Below, piece after piece: positions 1 to 9,673 of a stretch of 40,814 nt of DNA; within the stretch, counting starts at the first letter, position 1, and each line of letters begins with the position of its first letter. Where the stretch lies: positions 10,609 to 51,422 of the forward strand of contig DIVO01000012.1 of the NCBI GenBank assembly GCA_002428285.1, given 5' to 3'. A program made the translations under genes and the position numbers. This stretch comes from Patescibacteria group bacterium UBA6130 (lineage in GTDB: Bacteria; Patescibacteriota; Microgenomatia; UBA12405; UBA6130). The notes below the pieces were generated by a model. The model did no database searches, was not told the origin of the DNA, and saw nothing but the letters and a program-made list of their open reading frames with translations.

Positions 1-1554
1 TATTTGACCACCCAATACAATATCAACTCCTCTTCCTGCCATATTGGTAGCCACGGTAACAGCTCCTAATGCCCCTGCTTGCGAAATGATCTTTGCCTCT
101 CTTAAATGGTTCTTGGCATTTAATATTTCATGAGGGATTTTCTTTTTACTCAACAATCTGCCGACAATTTCATTTTTTTCAATAGAAGTTGTTCCGATTA
201 AAATAGGTGCTCCTTTTTTGTGAATTTTTTCAATCTCTGAGGCTAAAGCCGCATATTTTGCCTGCTGAGATTTATAAACCAAATCAGGAAGATCATCTCT
301 TCTAATTGGTTTATTGGTGGGAAACACAACTACCTCTAAATCATATATTTTCTTAAACTCTTCCGCTTCGGTGGCTGCAGTGCCCGTCATACCGGAAAGG
401 TTTTTATATAATCTAAAATAGTTTTGAAAAGTAATTGTTGCCCAAGTCCTGCTCTCCTGCTGAATTTTAACCCCCTCCTTGGCTTCCACAGCTTGATGAA
501 GTCCATCAGACCATCTGCGTCCTTCCATTAATCTTCCAGTAAATTCGTCAACTATTATTACCTGACCATCTTTAATGACATAATCTGTGTCTTTATGAAA
601 AAGGGTTCTGGCTTTAAGAGCATTTTCTATATGATGAATTGTGTCGAAATCTTCTTCGTATAAGTTTTTGATTTTTAGACTTCGTTCAATTTTTCTTATC
701 CCCAATTCTGTCAGCATGGCGGTTTTAGCTTTTTCATCAATCACATAGTCTGTATCTGACTGCAAATCACTGGCCAACTGAGTAAAACGATAATACTTAT
801 CAACTGAATCTCCTGAAGGAGAGGAAATGATCAATGGAGTTCTGGCTTCGTCAATTAAGGCAAAATCAATCTCGTCAACAATAGCATAAAAATGACCCCT
901 TTGGACCTTTCTGTCAAACTCTTGAACCATATTATCTCTAAGATAGTCAAAACCATATTCATTGTTTGTTCCATAAGTAATATCGGCTTTATATGCTTGA
1001 TCACGAGTAACCGGTTTGAGATGCTCCAGTCTTTCATCATCGGCTTTTTCTTTATGGTCTGGATCGAATATAAATGAATTATCAGGAATAATACATCCAA
1101 CACTTACACCTAAAAAATTGTAGATCTCACCCATCCAACCAGCACCAATTCTAGCCAAATAATCATTAACCGTAACCAAATGAGCCCCCTTGCCTTGTAA
1201 AGCTCTAAGATATAGAGGACAAGTAGCGGTTAATGTCTTGCCTTCCCCGGTTTTTTGCTCGGCTATTTTACCCTCAAACAAAGCAATACCTGCCATTAAT
1301 TGAACATCAAAATGTCTCTGGCCAATAGTTCTTTTTGTGGCTTCGCGAACAACGGCAAAAGCCTCAGGAAGAATATTATTGATATCTTCCGAAGATTTTA
1401 ATCTTTTTTTGAATTCTTTGGTCTTTGCCTTAAGCTGTTTGTCAGATAGCTTGCCAATATCGGATTCAAGTGAGTTAATTTTCTCAACTATTTTTGAAAG
1501 CCTGGCAACTTCTTTCTTATTGTAGTCAAATAGACCTTTAAAAAATTGAAACAT
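1..1554 (-). CDS. secA: Preprotein translocase ATPase SecA, N-terminal 518 codons; the rest lies beyond the window start
   Basis: Absent from the ORF track because it is open at the window edge. Hand translation of the minus strand from the ATG at 1554-1552 gives [18 protein letters not shown]. Codons at 60-1 read [20 protein letters not shown], the SecA TNMAGRGxDI motor motif. Track ORFs 855-1103, 892-1077 and 1337-1525 lie inside it in other frames. Confidence 0.9.
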   Translation of the reverse strand, partial: MFQFFKGLFDYNKKEVARLSKIVEKINSLESDIGKLSDKQLKAKTKEFKKRLKSSEDINNILPEAFAVVREATKRTIGQRHFDVQLMAGIALFEGKIAEQKTGEGKTLTATCPLYLRALQGKGAHLVTVNDYLARIGAGWMGEIYNFLGVSVGCIIPDNSFIFDPDHKEKADDERLEHLKPVTRDQAYKADITYGTNNEYGFDYLRDNMVQEFDRKVQRGHFYAIVDEIDFALIDEARTPLIISSPSGDSVDKYYRFTQLASDLQSDTDYVIDEKAKTAMLTELGIRKIERSLKIKNLYEEDFDTIHHIENALKARTLFHKDTDYVIKDGQVIIVDEFTGRLMEGRRWSDGLHQAVEAKEGVKIQQESRTWATITFQNYFRLYKNLSGMTGTAATEAEEFKKIYDLEVVVFPTNKPIRRDDLPDLVYKSQQAKYAALASEIEKIHKKGAPILIGTTSIEKNEIVGRLLSKKKIPHEILNAKNHLREAKIISQAGALGAVTVATNMAGRGVDIVLGGQI

Positions 1555-1555
1555 C

Positions 1556-2827
1556 TTACTTTCGGGTAAAACTTTCTATATACTCTTTTCCCATCCATGA
1601 AATAAGAGGCTGAGGAATTTTTATCCTTCCGTCTTTTTGCTGAAAATTTTCAAGTATCATTATGATCATTCTTCCGATAGCAAAAGCGGTTCCATTTAAA
1701 ACATGGACATATTCTAAAGAATTATTTTTATTTTTGAATTTGATATTTAACCTTCTTGACTGAAAATCGGTGCAATTACTGCAAGAATGGGTTTCCCTGA
1801 ATTTGTTTTCGCTAGGCATCCATGTTTCTGTATCTACAGTTTTTGCCGATGGAGCACTAGAATCACCAGTTGATAAGATCATCAAGCGGTAGTGCAAACC
1901 CAGAGACATCATCAACTCCTCTTCAAGTGAAATCAAAAATTCATGTTCCTTCTCAGAATCTTCAGGTTTACAGAAAGAAACCATTTCTACTTTATCAAAT
2001 TGGTGAACCCTAAATATCCCTCCGGTATCTTTGCCGTAACTTCCCGATTCTCTTCTGAAACAAGAGCTATAACCAACAAATCTTTCCGGTAATTCTTTAT
2101 TTTCAAACACTCTTCCGGAATTCATCGAAACCAAAGAATGTTCAGCCGTTGCCACAAGGACAAGATTGTCTTCATCTAAAACATACATATCTTTCCAGCC
2201 ACCTTGATCTGCATATCCCAACCCCTTTTCCATCTCTTTTTTGATTAAAGTTGGCGGAATAACAGGTTTAAATCCCTTTTTAACCAAAAAACTGATTGCA
2301 TAGTTTACCAAAGCCAATTCTAGTAAGGCCGCGTCATTTTTTAAAATCCCAAATCTTGGACCGCTCATTTTAGAAGCGGATTCAATATCGATTAAGTCGT
2401 GCATCCTACCCAACTCAAGATAATTTTTTGGTTCGAAATCGAATTTAGGAGGAGTCCCTTCTCTCTTTAACTCAACATTAGCTTTATCGTCCTTTCCAAC
2501 CGGGACATCATTCTTTGACGGATTTGGAATAAGCAGTAATAGCTCATTCCATTCATTTTCCAACTCTTTAAGTTTTTTCTCTAATTTTTGAATTTTTTCT
2601 CTAAGATTTTTAGCGTCTTTTGCTTGTTTCGAGGTAGGTTTATTTTTTTTAAACTTTTCTGTAAGCTGATTTCTTTCGTATCTCAATTCTCCCAAAGCAA
2701 CTATTGATAAACTTCTTTTTTTATCAGCTTTAAGCCATTTTTCAACAATAACCGGATCAACATTCTTGTTATTAATGGATTTTTCAATCAGCTGAGGAGC
2801 TTCTCTTATTAATTTTGGATCTACCAT
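1556..2827 (-). CDS. serS: Seryl-tRNA synthetase (class II)
   Basis: Track ORF 1556-2875. It has an N-terminal coiled-coil arm ([18 protein letters not shown]) and a class II core ([34 protein letters not shown]). I prefer Met17 ([11 protein letters not shown]) because the ATG at 2827 abuts the upstream stop (TAATCATG). Confidence 0.9.
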   Translation of the reverse strand: MVDPKLIREAPQLIEKSINNKNVDPVIVEKWLKADKKRSLSIVALGELRYERNQLTEKFKKNKPTSKQAKDAKNLREKIQKLEKKLKELENEWNELLLLIPNPSKNDVPVGKDDKANVELKREGTPPKFDFEPKNYLELGRMHDLIDIESASKMSGPRFGILKNDAALLELALVNYAISFLVKKGFKPVIPPTLIKKEMEKGLGYADQGGWKDMYVLDEDNLVLVATAEHSLVSMNSGRVFENKELPERFVGYSSCFRRESGSYGKDTGGIFRVHQFDKVEMVSFCKPEDSEKEHEFLISLEEELMMSLGLHYRLMILSTGDSSAPSAKTVDTETWMPSENKFRETHSCSNCTDFQSRRLNIKFKNKNNSLEYVHVLNGTAFAIGRMIIMILENFQQKDGRIKIPQPLISWMGKEYIESFTRK

Positions 2828-2829
2828 GA

Positions 2830-3405
2830 TTAAAGTCCTAACTCTCTTGCAATACTTTGCATAGAGTTTAAACAAATATTGACATATTCTTCTAAATTTA
2901 TACCAAGTTTATCCTCACATTTAATAATATCTTCTCTTCTTGTCCCTTTAGCAAAGCTCTTCTCTTTAAATCTGTTTAAAATGCTTTTTGTCTCAAGGGT
3001 TTTCAGTTTTTTCTCAGGATGCACTAAGGCCGAAGCTACGATAAGTCCGGTTAAACTGTCGCAAGTGAAAAGGGCCCAGTCCATTAGGCTTTCAGGCTCA
3101 ACTTTTGTTGCAGCATTGTGAGCCGCCATAGAATGAGCAACCTCTTCGGAAACAGAAATACCAGCCTCAATTAAATCTGCTGTTATTTGAACACCTTGCT
3201 TGCTTTCTGGAATATCGTTTGTGTAATCTCCATCATGCATAAGACCTGCCATACTCCAATACTCCTTTTTGCCTAAATTATTAGTACCTTTACTGTCTAA
3301 ATAATCATAAATGCCTTCCATACAAGCCTTTGTTGCCAGCATATGTTTAATAATATTTTTATTCTCGATCCTGTCATTGAGATAACTAATTAAATTATCA
3401 CTCAT
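2830..3405 (-). CDS. HD-superfamily metal-dependent phosphohydrolase
   Basis: 191-aa ORF with the H...HD signature (LMHDGDY, then AHSMAAHN). It overlaps the lysS stop by 8 nt (ATGAGTGA), so the two genes are probably translationally coupled. Confidence 0.65.
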   Translation of the reverse strand: MSDNLISYLNDRIENKNIIKHMLATKACMEGIYDYLDSKGTNNLGKKEYWSMAGLMHDGDYTNDIPESKQGVQITADLIEAGISVSEEVAHSMAAHNAATKVEPESLMDWALFTCDSLTGLIVASALVHPEKKLKTLETKSILNRFKEKSFAKGTRREDIIKCEDKLGINLEEYVNICLNSMQSIARELGL

Positions 3406-4840
3406 CTTTTGGTTTTAATGCTGGAAACAATATAACGTCTCTAATGTTGGGCTGATTAGTTAAAAGCATAACCAACCTATCCATACCAATCCCTAACCCC
3501 CCTGTAGGCGGCATACCATGCTCAAGAGCAGTGATATAGTCATTGTCCATTGGATGAGCCTCTTCATCTCCGGCTTTACTTAATTCAACCTGCTGAGAAA
3601 AACACTCTTCCTGTTTTAAAGGATCATTGAGCTCTGAATACGCATTTCCAACCTCCCAACCAGCGATATATGGCTCAAATCTTTCAATTAAATGGTCCGA
3701 TTCTCTACTTAATTTACACAACATGGTAGTTTCCTTTGGATGATCTGTTATAAATACCGGATCTACTAGTTCTTTTTCAACTTCAGAAAAAAGTTCGGCT
3801 ATAGCAAGACCTCTATTAAATCCACATTTAAGTTCAACCTTGTTTTGCTTCAACTTTTTCTTAAGATCTTCATCGGAAATCTTATCCATATCCCAATCTA
3901 AATATTTAAGAATTGCCTCTCTCATGGTCATTCTCTTCCAGGGAGGTTTTAAATCAATTTTATGACCTTGATATTCGATTTTTGTTGTTCCTAAAACCTT
4001 TATAGCAACTTCGGAAAACAAATTTTCTGTAAGCTTCATCATATCGTTGTAGTCGGCATAAGCCCAATAACATTCCATCATGGTAAATTCAGGCGAGTGG
4101 GTTTTGTCTAAACCTTCATTCCGAAAATCATGATCAATTTCAAAAACTTTTTCAAAACCACCTATAATCAGACGTTTTAAATAAAGCTCATCAGATATTT
4201 TTAAAAATAAATTGGTATCAAGAGCGTTATAGTGAGTAATAAAAGGCTTGGCACTTGCCCCACCATAAAGCGGTTGGAGAGTGGGAGTTTCTACCTCCAT
4301 AAAACCCAAACTCTCTAAATATTTTCTAACCTCACTAATAATTTTGCTTCTTGTCTCAAAAACTCTTTTTACCTCATCATTCATAATAAGGTCTAAATAT
4401 CTTTTTCGATATCTGGCTTCTGTATCTTTCAAACCATGCCACTTCTCAGGCAAGGGAAGAAGTGATTTAGCTAAAAGCTGAAAATTTTCAACATTTACCG
4501 TAATTTCGCCTGAATTGGTCTTAAAAACTTCACCCTCAGCACCTACAAAATCTCCCATGTCGAGCAATTTAACTAAATCATATGAGTCGAGTTGTTTTTT
4601 TTGAAAATAGAGCTGAATCTGTCCTGACTGATCTTTCAGATGGGCAAAGGTTATGCCTCCATGAGGTCTTAAGGTAATAATCCTTCCGCGAACCTTTACT
4701 TTTTTACCAATCTTTTTTAAAGCTTCAGAGGATGAAATACCTCCAGAATAAGAGTAAGGATAAGGATTAATGCCCTTTAGCTGAATAGTTTTATACTTTT
4801 CTAACCTGTTTTTTTTGATTTGTTCGATTCTTGAAGCCAT
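3398..4840 (-). CDS. lysS: Lysyl-tRNA synthetase, class II
   Basis: 480 aa. N-terminal OB-fold region, motif 2 FRNEGLDKTHSPEFTMMECYWAY, motif 3 GGLGIGMDRLVMLLT. Confidence 0.95.
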   Translation of the reverse strand: MASRIEQIKKNRLEKYKTIQLKGINPYPYSYSGGISSSEALKKIGKKVKVRGRIITLRPHGGITFAHLKDQSGQIQLYFQKKQLDSYDLVKLLDMGDFVGAEGEVFKTNSGEITVNVENFQLLAKSLLPLPEKWHGLKDTEARYRKRYLDLIMNDEVKRVFETRSKIISEVRKYLESLGFMEVETPTLQPLYGGASAKPFITHYNALDTNLFLKISDELYLKRLIIGGFEKVFEIDHDFRNEGLDKTHSPEFTMMECYWAYADYNDMMKLTENLFSEVAIKVLGTTKIEYQGHKIDLKPPWKRMTMREAILKYLDWDMDKISDEDLKKKLKQNKVELKCGFNRGLAIAELFSEVEKELVDPVFITDHPKETTMLCKLSRESDHLIERFEPYIAGWEVGNAYSELNDPLKQEECFSQQVELSKAGDEEAHPMDNDYITALEHGMPPTGGLGIGMDRLVMLLTNQPNIRDVILFPALKPKDE

Positions 4841-4909
4841 TAGTTTGAATTATCTTACCACAAATAAGAGCACATTAAGTAAAAACACACCAAATAATAT
4901 CGTGTAGAT

Positions 4910-5362
4910 TTAGGCTACATCGAGAATGGTGTACTCAATCTCTCCGTTTGGAGTTTTCACAACAACTTTTTCGCCCTTTTTCTTGTAAACAAGAGCTTGT
5001 CCTAAAGGAGAGTTAAAAGAAATCTTCCCCTGCAATGGATCAGCTTCACCTGAGCCAACAAGTTCTATTTCCTTTTCTTTCTCTTCCTGTCTTAGTCTGA
5101 TTTTTGAACCAATCCAAATACCCTCTCTGGTTACACTGTCTGTCACAACAGCACTGTCAAGAGTGTTTTGAAGATCTTCCATCTGACTATCTAATATCTG
5201 CACCTGGTTTTTAAGCTCATGATAGGCTGAATTTTCAGCCAAATCTCCCATTCTTCGGGCTTCATCAAGCTTTTTTACCATGATGCTTCTGTCTCTATTC
5301 AGTTTGTTAAGTTTCTTTTCCAGATTAACCTTACCAACTGATGTTAATACATTATTGTTCAT
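4910..5362 (-). CDS. greA: Transcription elongation factor GreA
   Basis: 150 aa. N-terminal coiled coil carrying the acidic tip GDLAENSAYHELK, followed by a C-terminal globular domain. Confidence 0.9.
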   Translation of the reverse strand: MNNNVLTSVGKVNLEKKLNKLNRDRSIMVKKLDEARRMGDLAENSAYHELKNQVQILDSQMEDLQNTLDSAVVTDSVTREGIWIGSKIRLRQEEKEKEIELVGSGEADPLQGKISFNSPLGQALVYKKKGEKVVVKTPNGEIEYTILDVA

Positions 5363-5413
5363 ATTTTTTTTTGTTCTATTAATAAAATCATTAAATACTT
5401 TGATTCTTACGAA

Positions 5414-5441
5414 TTAAAAAACCCCCTTGTATGAGGGGGCT
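5414..5441 (-). terminator. Intrinsic terminator-like hairpin in the greA upstream region
   Basis: The minus strand reads AGCCCCCTCATACAAGGGGGTTTTTT. The stem is CCCCCT/AGGGGG (5422-5427 with 5434-5439), the loop is 6 nt, and a T6 run follows. It sits 52 nt upstream of the greA ATG and downstream of the promoter at 5539-5568. Confidence 0.6.
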
Positions 5442-5538
5442 AAAGAAGGCAAATTGCCAATAACCCCGCTAACGAAGGGATTTAATTGTATTGATAACTT
5501 TGGCTATATACTTCTTAATACTCATAAAAGAATGTCAA

Positions 5539-5568
5539 ATTATAGAATGATTTTAGATAGATTGTCAA
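5539..5568 (-). promoter_or_regulatory. Sigma70-type promoter (TTGACA-18 nt-TATAAT) reading toward greA
   Basis: The minus strand reads TTGACAatctatctaaaatcattcTATAAT. The -35 is the reverse complement of 5563-5568 and the -10 is the reverse complement of 5539-5544. Both hexamers match consensus exactly. Confidence 0.6.
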
Positions 5569-5697
5569 GTAACATCAATATTAATGTATATCAGCTGATT
5601 ACTTAAAATCACATAGCATCACTCCTCAAACTTAAACAATGCTAAAATAAAAGAGTGATTTTTCCCCAATAATGAGTTGTCAATTTTTAAAATTATC

Positions 5698-7692
5698 ATG
5701 AAATTTAAATTAAAAGCAAACTACAAACCAACCGGAGATCAGCCTCAAGCCATAGATAAACTGACTAATAATTATCTAAAAGGTATTGAGCATCAAGTTT
5801 TATTGGGAGTAACAGGAAGCGGCAAAACCTACACGATTGCAAATGTCATTCAAAATACCCAAAAACCTGCGCTTTTAATTTCTCATAACAAAACCCTGGC
5901 AGCCCAACTTTATCAGGAATTTAAAGAATTTTTTCCAGAAAATGCAGTTTCTTATTTTGTTTCCTACTATGATTATTATCAGCCCGAAGCCTATATTCCC
6001 CAAACAGACACCTATATAGCCAAAGAAACAGATATTAATCAGGAGATTGACAAACTACGGCTCCAGGCAACCAGTGATATCTTTTCCCGAAATGATACCA
6101 TTGTAATTTCTTCTGTTTCTTCGATTTATAATATCGGATCTCCCGAAGAGTATAGCCAGGCAGTGGTAAATTTAAAGAAGAATGAAGAATACAATCTTCA
6201 AGAGCTAATGCTTCAACTAGTGTCAATGCACTACTCCCGTTCTAGGCTTGAATTTACCAGAAGCAATTTTAGACAGCGTGGGAACACTCTGGAAATCTAT
6301 CCCCCATATAGCGAGGAAATAATCAAGGTTCACTTTCAGGGAGATAAAATAGGAAAAATTACCAAAAGAAGTTTTTGGGATTACAACCTAGAAGAAACAG
6401 AAGATTACACCGTCTTTCCCGCAAAGCACTACCTTGGCAGACAAGGAGATCTTAAAGAAATTTTCAAACAGATCAGAAATGAGACAAAAGTTCAGGTAGA
6501 TATGTTTAATAAGCAAGGAAAACTTCTCGAAGCCAATAGAATAGAACAAAGAGTAAATTACGATCTGGAAATGATAGAAGAAACCGGCTATGTAAACGGA
6601 ATTGAAAATTATTCAAGGTATTTCGATGGAAGATCACCCGGTGATCCACCCTACAGCTTGATAGATTATTTCGATCATAAATTTGGCAAAGATTTTTTAT
6701 TATTAATTGATGAATCTCACATTACAATTCCTCAGATTAGCGGGATGTATCGAGGGGATCAGTCACGAAAACAAACTTTGATTGACTTTGGTTTCAGGTT
6801 GCCATCCGCCTTGGACAATAGACCTCTTAAGTTTAATGAATTTTTAGACAGAGCCCATAGAATGTTCTTTATCTCTGCCACTCCAAATGAATGGGAAAGA
6901 GAAAAATCAAACAATGTCATTGTTGAACAGCTAATAAGGCCAACGGGGCTTGCTGACCCCAAAGTTGAGGTTAGAAAATCTGAGGGACAAATTCCCGATC
7001 TGATAAAAGAGATAGCCGAAAGGAAAAAAAATAACGAAAGAGTTCTCATTACAACCTTAACAAAGAGAATGTCTGAAGAATTATCAAAATTTCTTTCTGA
7101 AAAGAAAAATACCGGCATAGAGATCAAAGTAAATTATCTTCATGCAGACGTCGACACTATGGAAAGAAGCGACATCTTAGCAGACTTGAGAAAGGGAGAT
7201 TACGATGTGATTGTAGGGATTAATCTTCTTAGAGAGGGATTGGACCTTCCTGAGGTCTCATTGGTCGTTATTTTGGATGCAGACAAACAAGGTTTTTTGC
7301 GTTCTAAAACTTCACTTATCCAAACCATGGGAAGAGCGGCTAGAAATTCTGCCGGAAAAGTAATTTTGTATGCTGATGAAACTACAGAGTCTATGAATGA
7401 AGCCATGAAAGAGGTCGGCAGAAGAAGAGTAATTCAGCTTGCATATAACAAAAAGTATGGCATTACACCCAAAACCATTCAAAAACCGATAAGAGATAGA
7501 ATACTCCCACATAAAGAAACCGATTCGGATCTTAGTAAAATCGACCCAAAAACACTTACTCCTGGGGAAGCCAAAAAAACACTATCAAAATTGAAAAGGG
7601 AAATGAATAGAGCATCAAAAGAACTTAATTTTGAAAAAGCAATTGAAATAAGAAATACAATTAATAAAATATCTGATTATTACTTCTCCTAA
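5698..7692 (+). CDS. uvrB: Excinuclease ABC subunit B
   Basis: Track ORF starts at TTG 5677. I prefer the ATG at 5698 (MKFKLKANYKPTGDQPQAI). Walker A GVTGSGKTYT, DExH-like LLIDESHITIPQ, C-terminal UVR motif (LNFEKAIEIRNTINKI). Confidence 0.95.
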   Translation: MKFKLKANYKPTGDQPQAIDKLTNNYLKGIEHQVLLGVTGSGKTYTIANVIQNTQKPALLISHNKTLAAQLYQEFKEFFPENAVSYFVSYYDYYQPEAYIPQTDTYIAKETDINQEIDKLRLQATSDIFSRNDTIVISSVSSIYNIGSPEEYSQAVVNLKKNEEYNLQELMLQLVSMHYSRSRLEFTRSNFRQRGNTLEIYPPYSEEIIKVHFQGDKIGKITKRSFWDYNLEETEDYTVFPAKHYLGRQGDLKEIFKQIRNETKVQVDMFNKQGKLLEANRIEQRVNYDLEMIEETGYVNGIENYSRYFDGRSPGDPPYSLIDYFDHKFGKDFLLLIDESHITIPQISGMYRGDQSRKQTLIDFGFRLPSALDNRPLKFNEFLDRAHRMFFISATPNEWEREKSNNVIVEQLIRPTGLADPKVEVRKSEGQIPDLIKEIAERKKNNERVLITTLTKRMSEELSKFLSEKKNTGIEIKVNYLHADVDTMERSDILADLRKGDYDVIVGINLLREGLDLPEVSLVVILDADKQGFLRSKTSLIQTMGRAARNSAGKVILYADETTESMNEAMKEVGRRRVIQLAYNKKYGITPKTIQKPIRDRILPHKETDSDLSKIDPKTLTPGEAKKTLSKLKREMNRASKELNFEKAIEIRNTINKISDYYFS

Positions 7693-7749
7693 AAATCTAA
7701 ATATTAATCCTCAATCTGCCTTTAAGTCTAAATTGCGTATTAAATAGCT

Positions 7750-7796
7750 AGGTGTCAGGTATAAACCACCTTGAAGGTGGTATAGATATGACACCT
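7750..7796 (+). other. Nested inverted repeat downstream of uvrB; possibly a weak terminator
   Basis: Outer arms AGGTGTCA (7750-7757) and TGACACCT (7789-7796). Inner arms ACCACC (7765-7770) and GGTGGT (7776-7781) with loop TTGAA. No T-run follows, so a terminator role is uncertain. Confidence 0.4.
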
Positions 7797-7839
7797 TAGA
7801 AAATAGCAATTTGAGAACCAAAGTAATGTTATTTTTTAG

Positions 7840-7845
7840 TATAAT
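7840..7845 (+). promoter_or_regulatory. -10 box TATAAT 5 nt upstream of the sortase ATG (candidate leaderless transcript)
   Basis: The sequence is tagTATAATtactcATG, with the ATG at 7851. There is no Shine-Dalgarno sequence between them. Confidence 0.45.
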
Positions 7846-7850
7846 TACTC

Positions 7851-8609
7851 ATGAAGAAAAGATGGCTATTTGCTTTCTCTGTAATTAGAGATAAAATTAT
7901 TGGCTTTTTCAACCCGAAACTAGTCAATAAATCTATAAAACCCAAAAAAGGTAAAAAACATGTTCTATTTTATAATCCTACTCCCAAGCGAGCTTTTGTA
8001 TTTGGTTTTGGAAGCATGCTTTTTATCGGCTCAATTGTATATCTTGGTTATATATACTTCCCGCTAGGCAAGGCTTATTACGAATACAAATTTACAACTC
8101 ATTCACCAAAATCCCAAAAAGAAATTAACGAGATTATTTCAGATCCTACATTTAAGGATGTTATGGAAAATCAAGTCGATTTTGAAGATTTTTATATATA
8201 TGTTCCAAAAATAGATGCATCAGCAAGAGTATATCCAAATGTTTCTGCTGTGAACAAAGAAATATATTTGCCAGTTTTGCAAAAAGGAGTTGCACATTTA
8301 AAGGGATCCAATTTTCCCAATGAAGGTGAAAGCATCTTTCTTTTTGCTCATTCGACTAACTCACCTTTTAACGCTATAAGATATAATGCCGTATTTATGT
8401 TGTTGAATGAACTTAATGAGAATGATCAAATAATTATATTTTTTAATGGAGAAAAGCATATATATAATGTATTTGATAAAAAAGTAGTTAATTCTGACAG
8501 TATTGAATATTTAAATTGGACAAACAATAAAGAAACATTAATTCTCCAAACATGCTGGCCTCCAGGCACAACCTGGAAAAGACTGCTGGTATTTGCTAAT
8601 CCCGAATAA
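7851..8609 (+). CDS. Sortase-family transpeptidase with an N-terminal membrane anchor
   Basis: 252 aa. TM segment FVFGFGSMLFIGSIVYLGYIYF, catalytic His context FLFAHS, TLxTC-type motif TLILQTCWPP, conserved Arg context WKRLLVFA. Confidence 0.8.
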   Translation: MKKRWLFAFSVIRDKIIGFFNPKLVNKSIKPKKGKKHVLFYNPTPKRAFVFGFGSMLFIGSIVYLGYIYFPLGKAYYEYKFTTHSPKSQKEINEIISDPTFKDVMENQVDFEDFYIYVPKIDASARVYPNVSAVNKEIYLPVLQKGVAHLKGSNFPNEGESIFLFAHSTNSPFNAIRYNAVFMLLNELNENDQIIIFFNGEKHIYNVFDKKVVNSDSIEYLNWTNNKETLILQTCWPPGTTWKRLLVFANPE

Positions 8610-8672
8610 TAAATAATATTCTTACCACGTTGTTACAATAAAGTTAACTTTCATTTGATATAATCCACTTAG

Positions 8673-8701
8673 TTGACAAAACAATTTAGGAGTGATATTA
8701 T
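8673..8701 (+). promoter_or_regulatory. Sigma70-type promoter TTGACA-17 nt-TATTAT for the surface-protein gene
   Basis: TTGACA at 8673-8678 and TATTAT at 8696-8701, with a 17-nt spacer. It lies about 40 nt upstream of the ATG at 8744. Confidence 0.45.
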
Positions 8702-8743
8702 TATCCCATAATTATTATTATTTAATAATACACTTCGGGCAAA

Positions 8744-9376
8744 ATGAAAAATAAATTTTTATCGATACTATTTGCGACAGGATTTTTTTTAATCAGCTCT
8801 AGGGCAGTTGTTGCCTCGTATTTATATGAAACAACTGAGCCTTCAACTCAAATAATAATCGACAAAAAGGTCAGATCTGTTTTACATGACAGCTGGTCTG
8901 ATAATTTGTCTAAAGACAACACTCTATTCACCGCTAATGACTTGGTTGAATTTAAAATCACCATCAAAAACACAGGCGATCAGGATTTAACTAATGTTAA
9001 AGTTGTCGATTATATTCCCAACTATATAAATAGAGTATTTAATCCCGGCGATTATTCCGATGATAATAGGTCTATTAAGTGGACTTATGAAAAACTAACT
9101 CCGGGAGAAGAAAAGGAAGAAATAATTAGAGTCAAGATTGACGATTCTGATAAACTGCCTAACAGCCAGCAGTTCTGCCTGATCAACAAAGCTGATGTGT
9201 TTACCAACGAGGGTCCTTCCGACACCGACACCAGCGGGTTTTGTATCGAAACAAGAATATTGGCCGAAAAAGAACTGCCTCAGGCGGGTTCTAATTTACT
9301 CCTTACTACTATACTAGCATCCGCATTGGCTGGCGCTGGCATTCTTGCCAGAAAATTTGGCCGGGGCGAGATTTAA
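8744..9376 (+). CDS. Secreted DUF11/CARDB-like repeat protein with a C-terminal sortase sorting signal (LPQAG + TM + basic tail)
   Basis: Signal peptide MKNKFLSILFATGFFLISSRAVVA. DUF11-type segment LVEFKITIKNTGDQDLTNVKVVDYIP. The C-terminus is KELPQAGSNLLLTTILASALAGAGILARKFGRGEI. Confidence 0.75.
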   Translation: MKNKFLSILFATGFFLISSRAVVASYLYETTEPSTQIIIDKKVRSVLHDSWSDNLSKDNTLFTANDLVEFKITIKNTGDQDLTNVKVVDYIPNYINRVFNPGDYSDDNRSIKWTYEKLTPGEEKEEIIRVKIDDSDKLPNSQQFCLINKADVFTNEGPSDTDTSGFCIETRILAEKELPQAGSNLLLTTILASALAGAGILARKFGRGEI

Positions 9377-9408
9377 ACTAAATTCAAAATTAAAACAATA
9401 AGAGTTAG

Positions 9409-9461
9409 GTTGAGAGCAATCTGAATCTATTGCTTTCAGCCATTGCTCTCAACATCTTTTT
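9409..9461 (+). terminator. Intrinsic terminator after the surface-protein gene
   Basis: A 12-bp stem (GTTGAGAGCAAT at 9409-9420 with ATTGCTCTCAAC at 9442-9453) is followed by ATCTTTTT. The loop contains a second ATTGCT copy that could pair alternatively. Confidence 0.6.
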
Positions 9462-9673
9462 CCGCAAATTGCGGAAAGCACTTTTACAATTGGGGGGTAA
9501 AGTATATATCTGGATTATTCCATACTCCTTTTGTGGACATAAACTACCACGGTCTAACGACCAAGGTATTCTACAAACAGAAAAGTTCGTTTTTCACTCA
9601 AAATCATAAATTCTGTTAATTTTCTAATTATAGGTTTTGTGTCCAGCAAGGGGGTATGGAACGGAGGCAAACA

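Noticed and set aside
855-1525. Three short track ORFs (855-1103 -, 892-1077 +, 1337-1525 +)
   Set aside because: They lie entirely inside the edge-truncated secA reading frame, which has unmistakable SecA motifs. They are alternative-frame or antisense artefacts.
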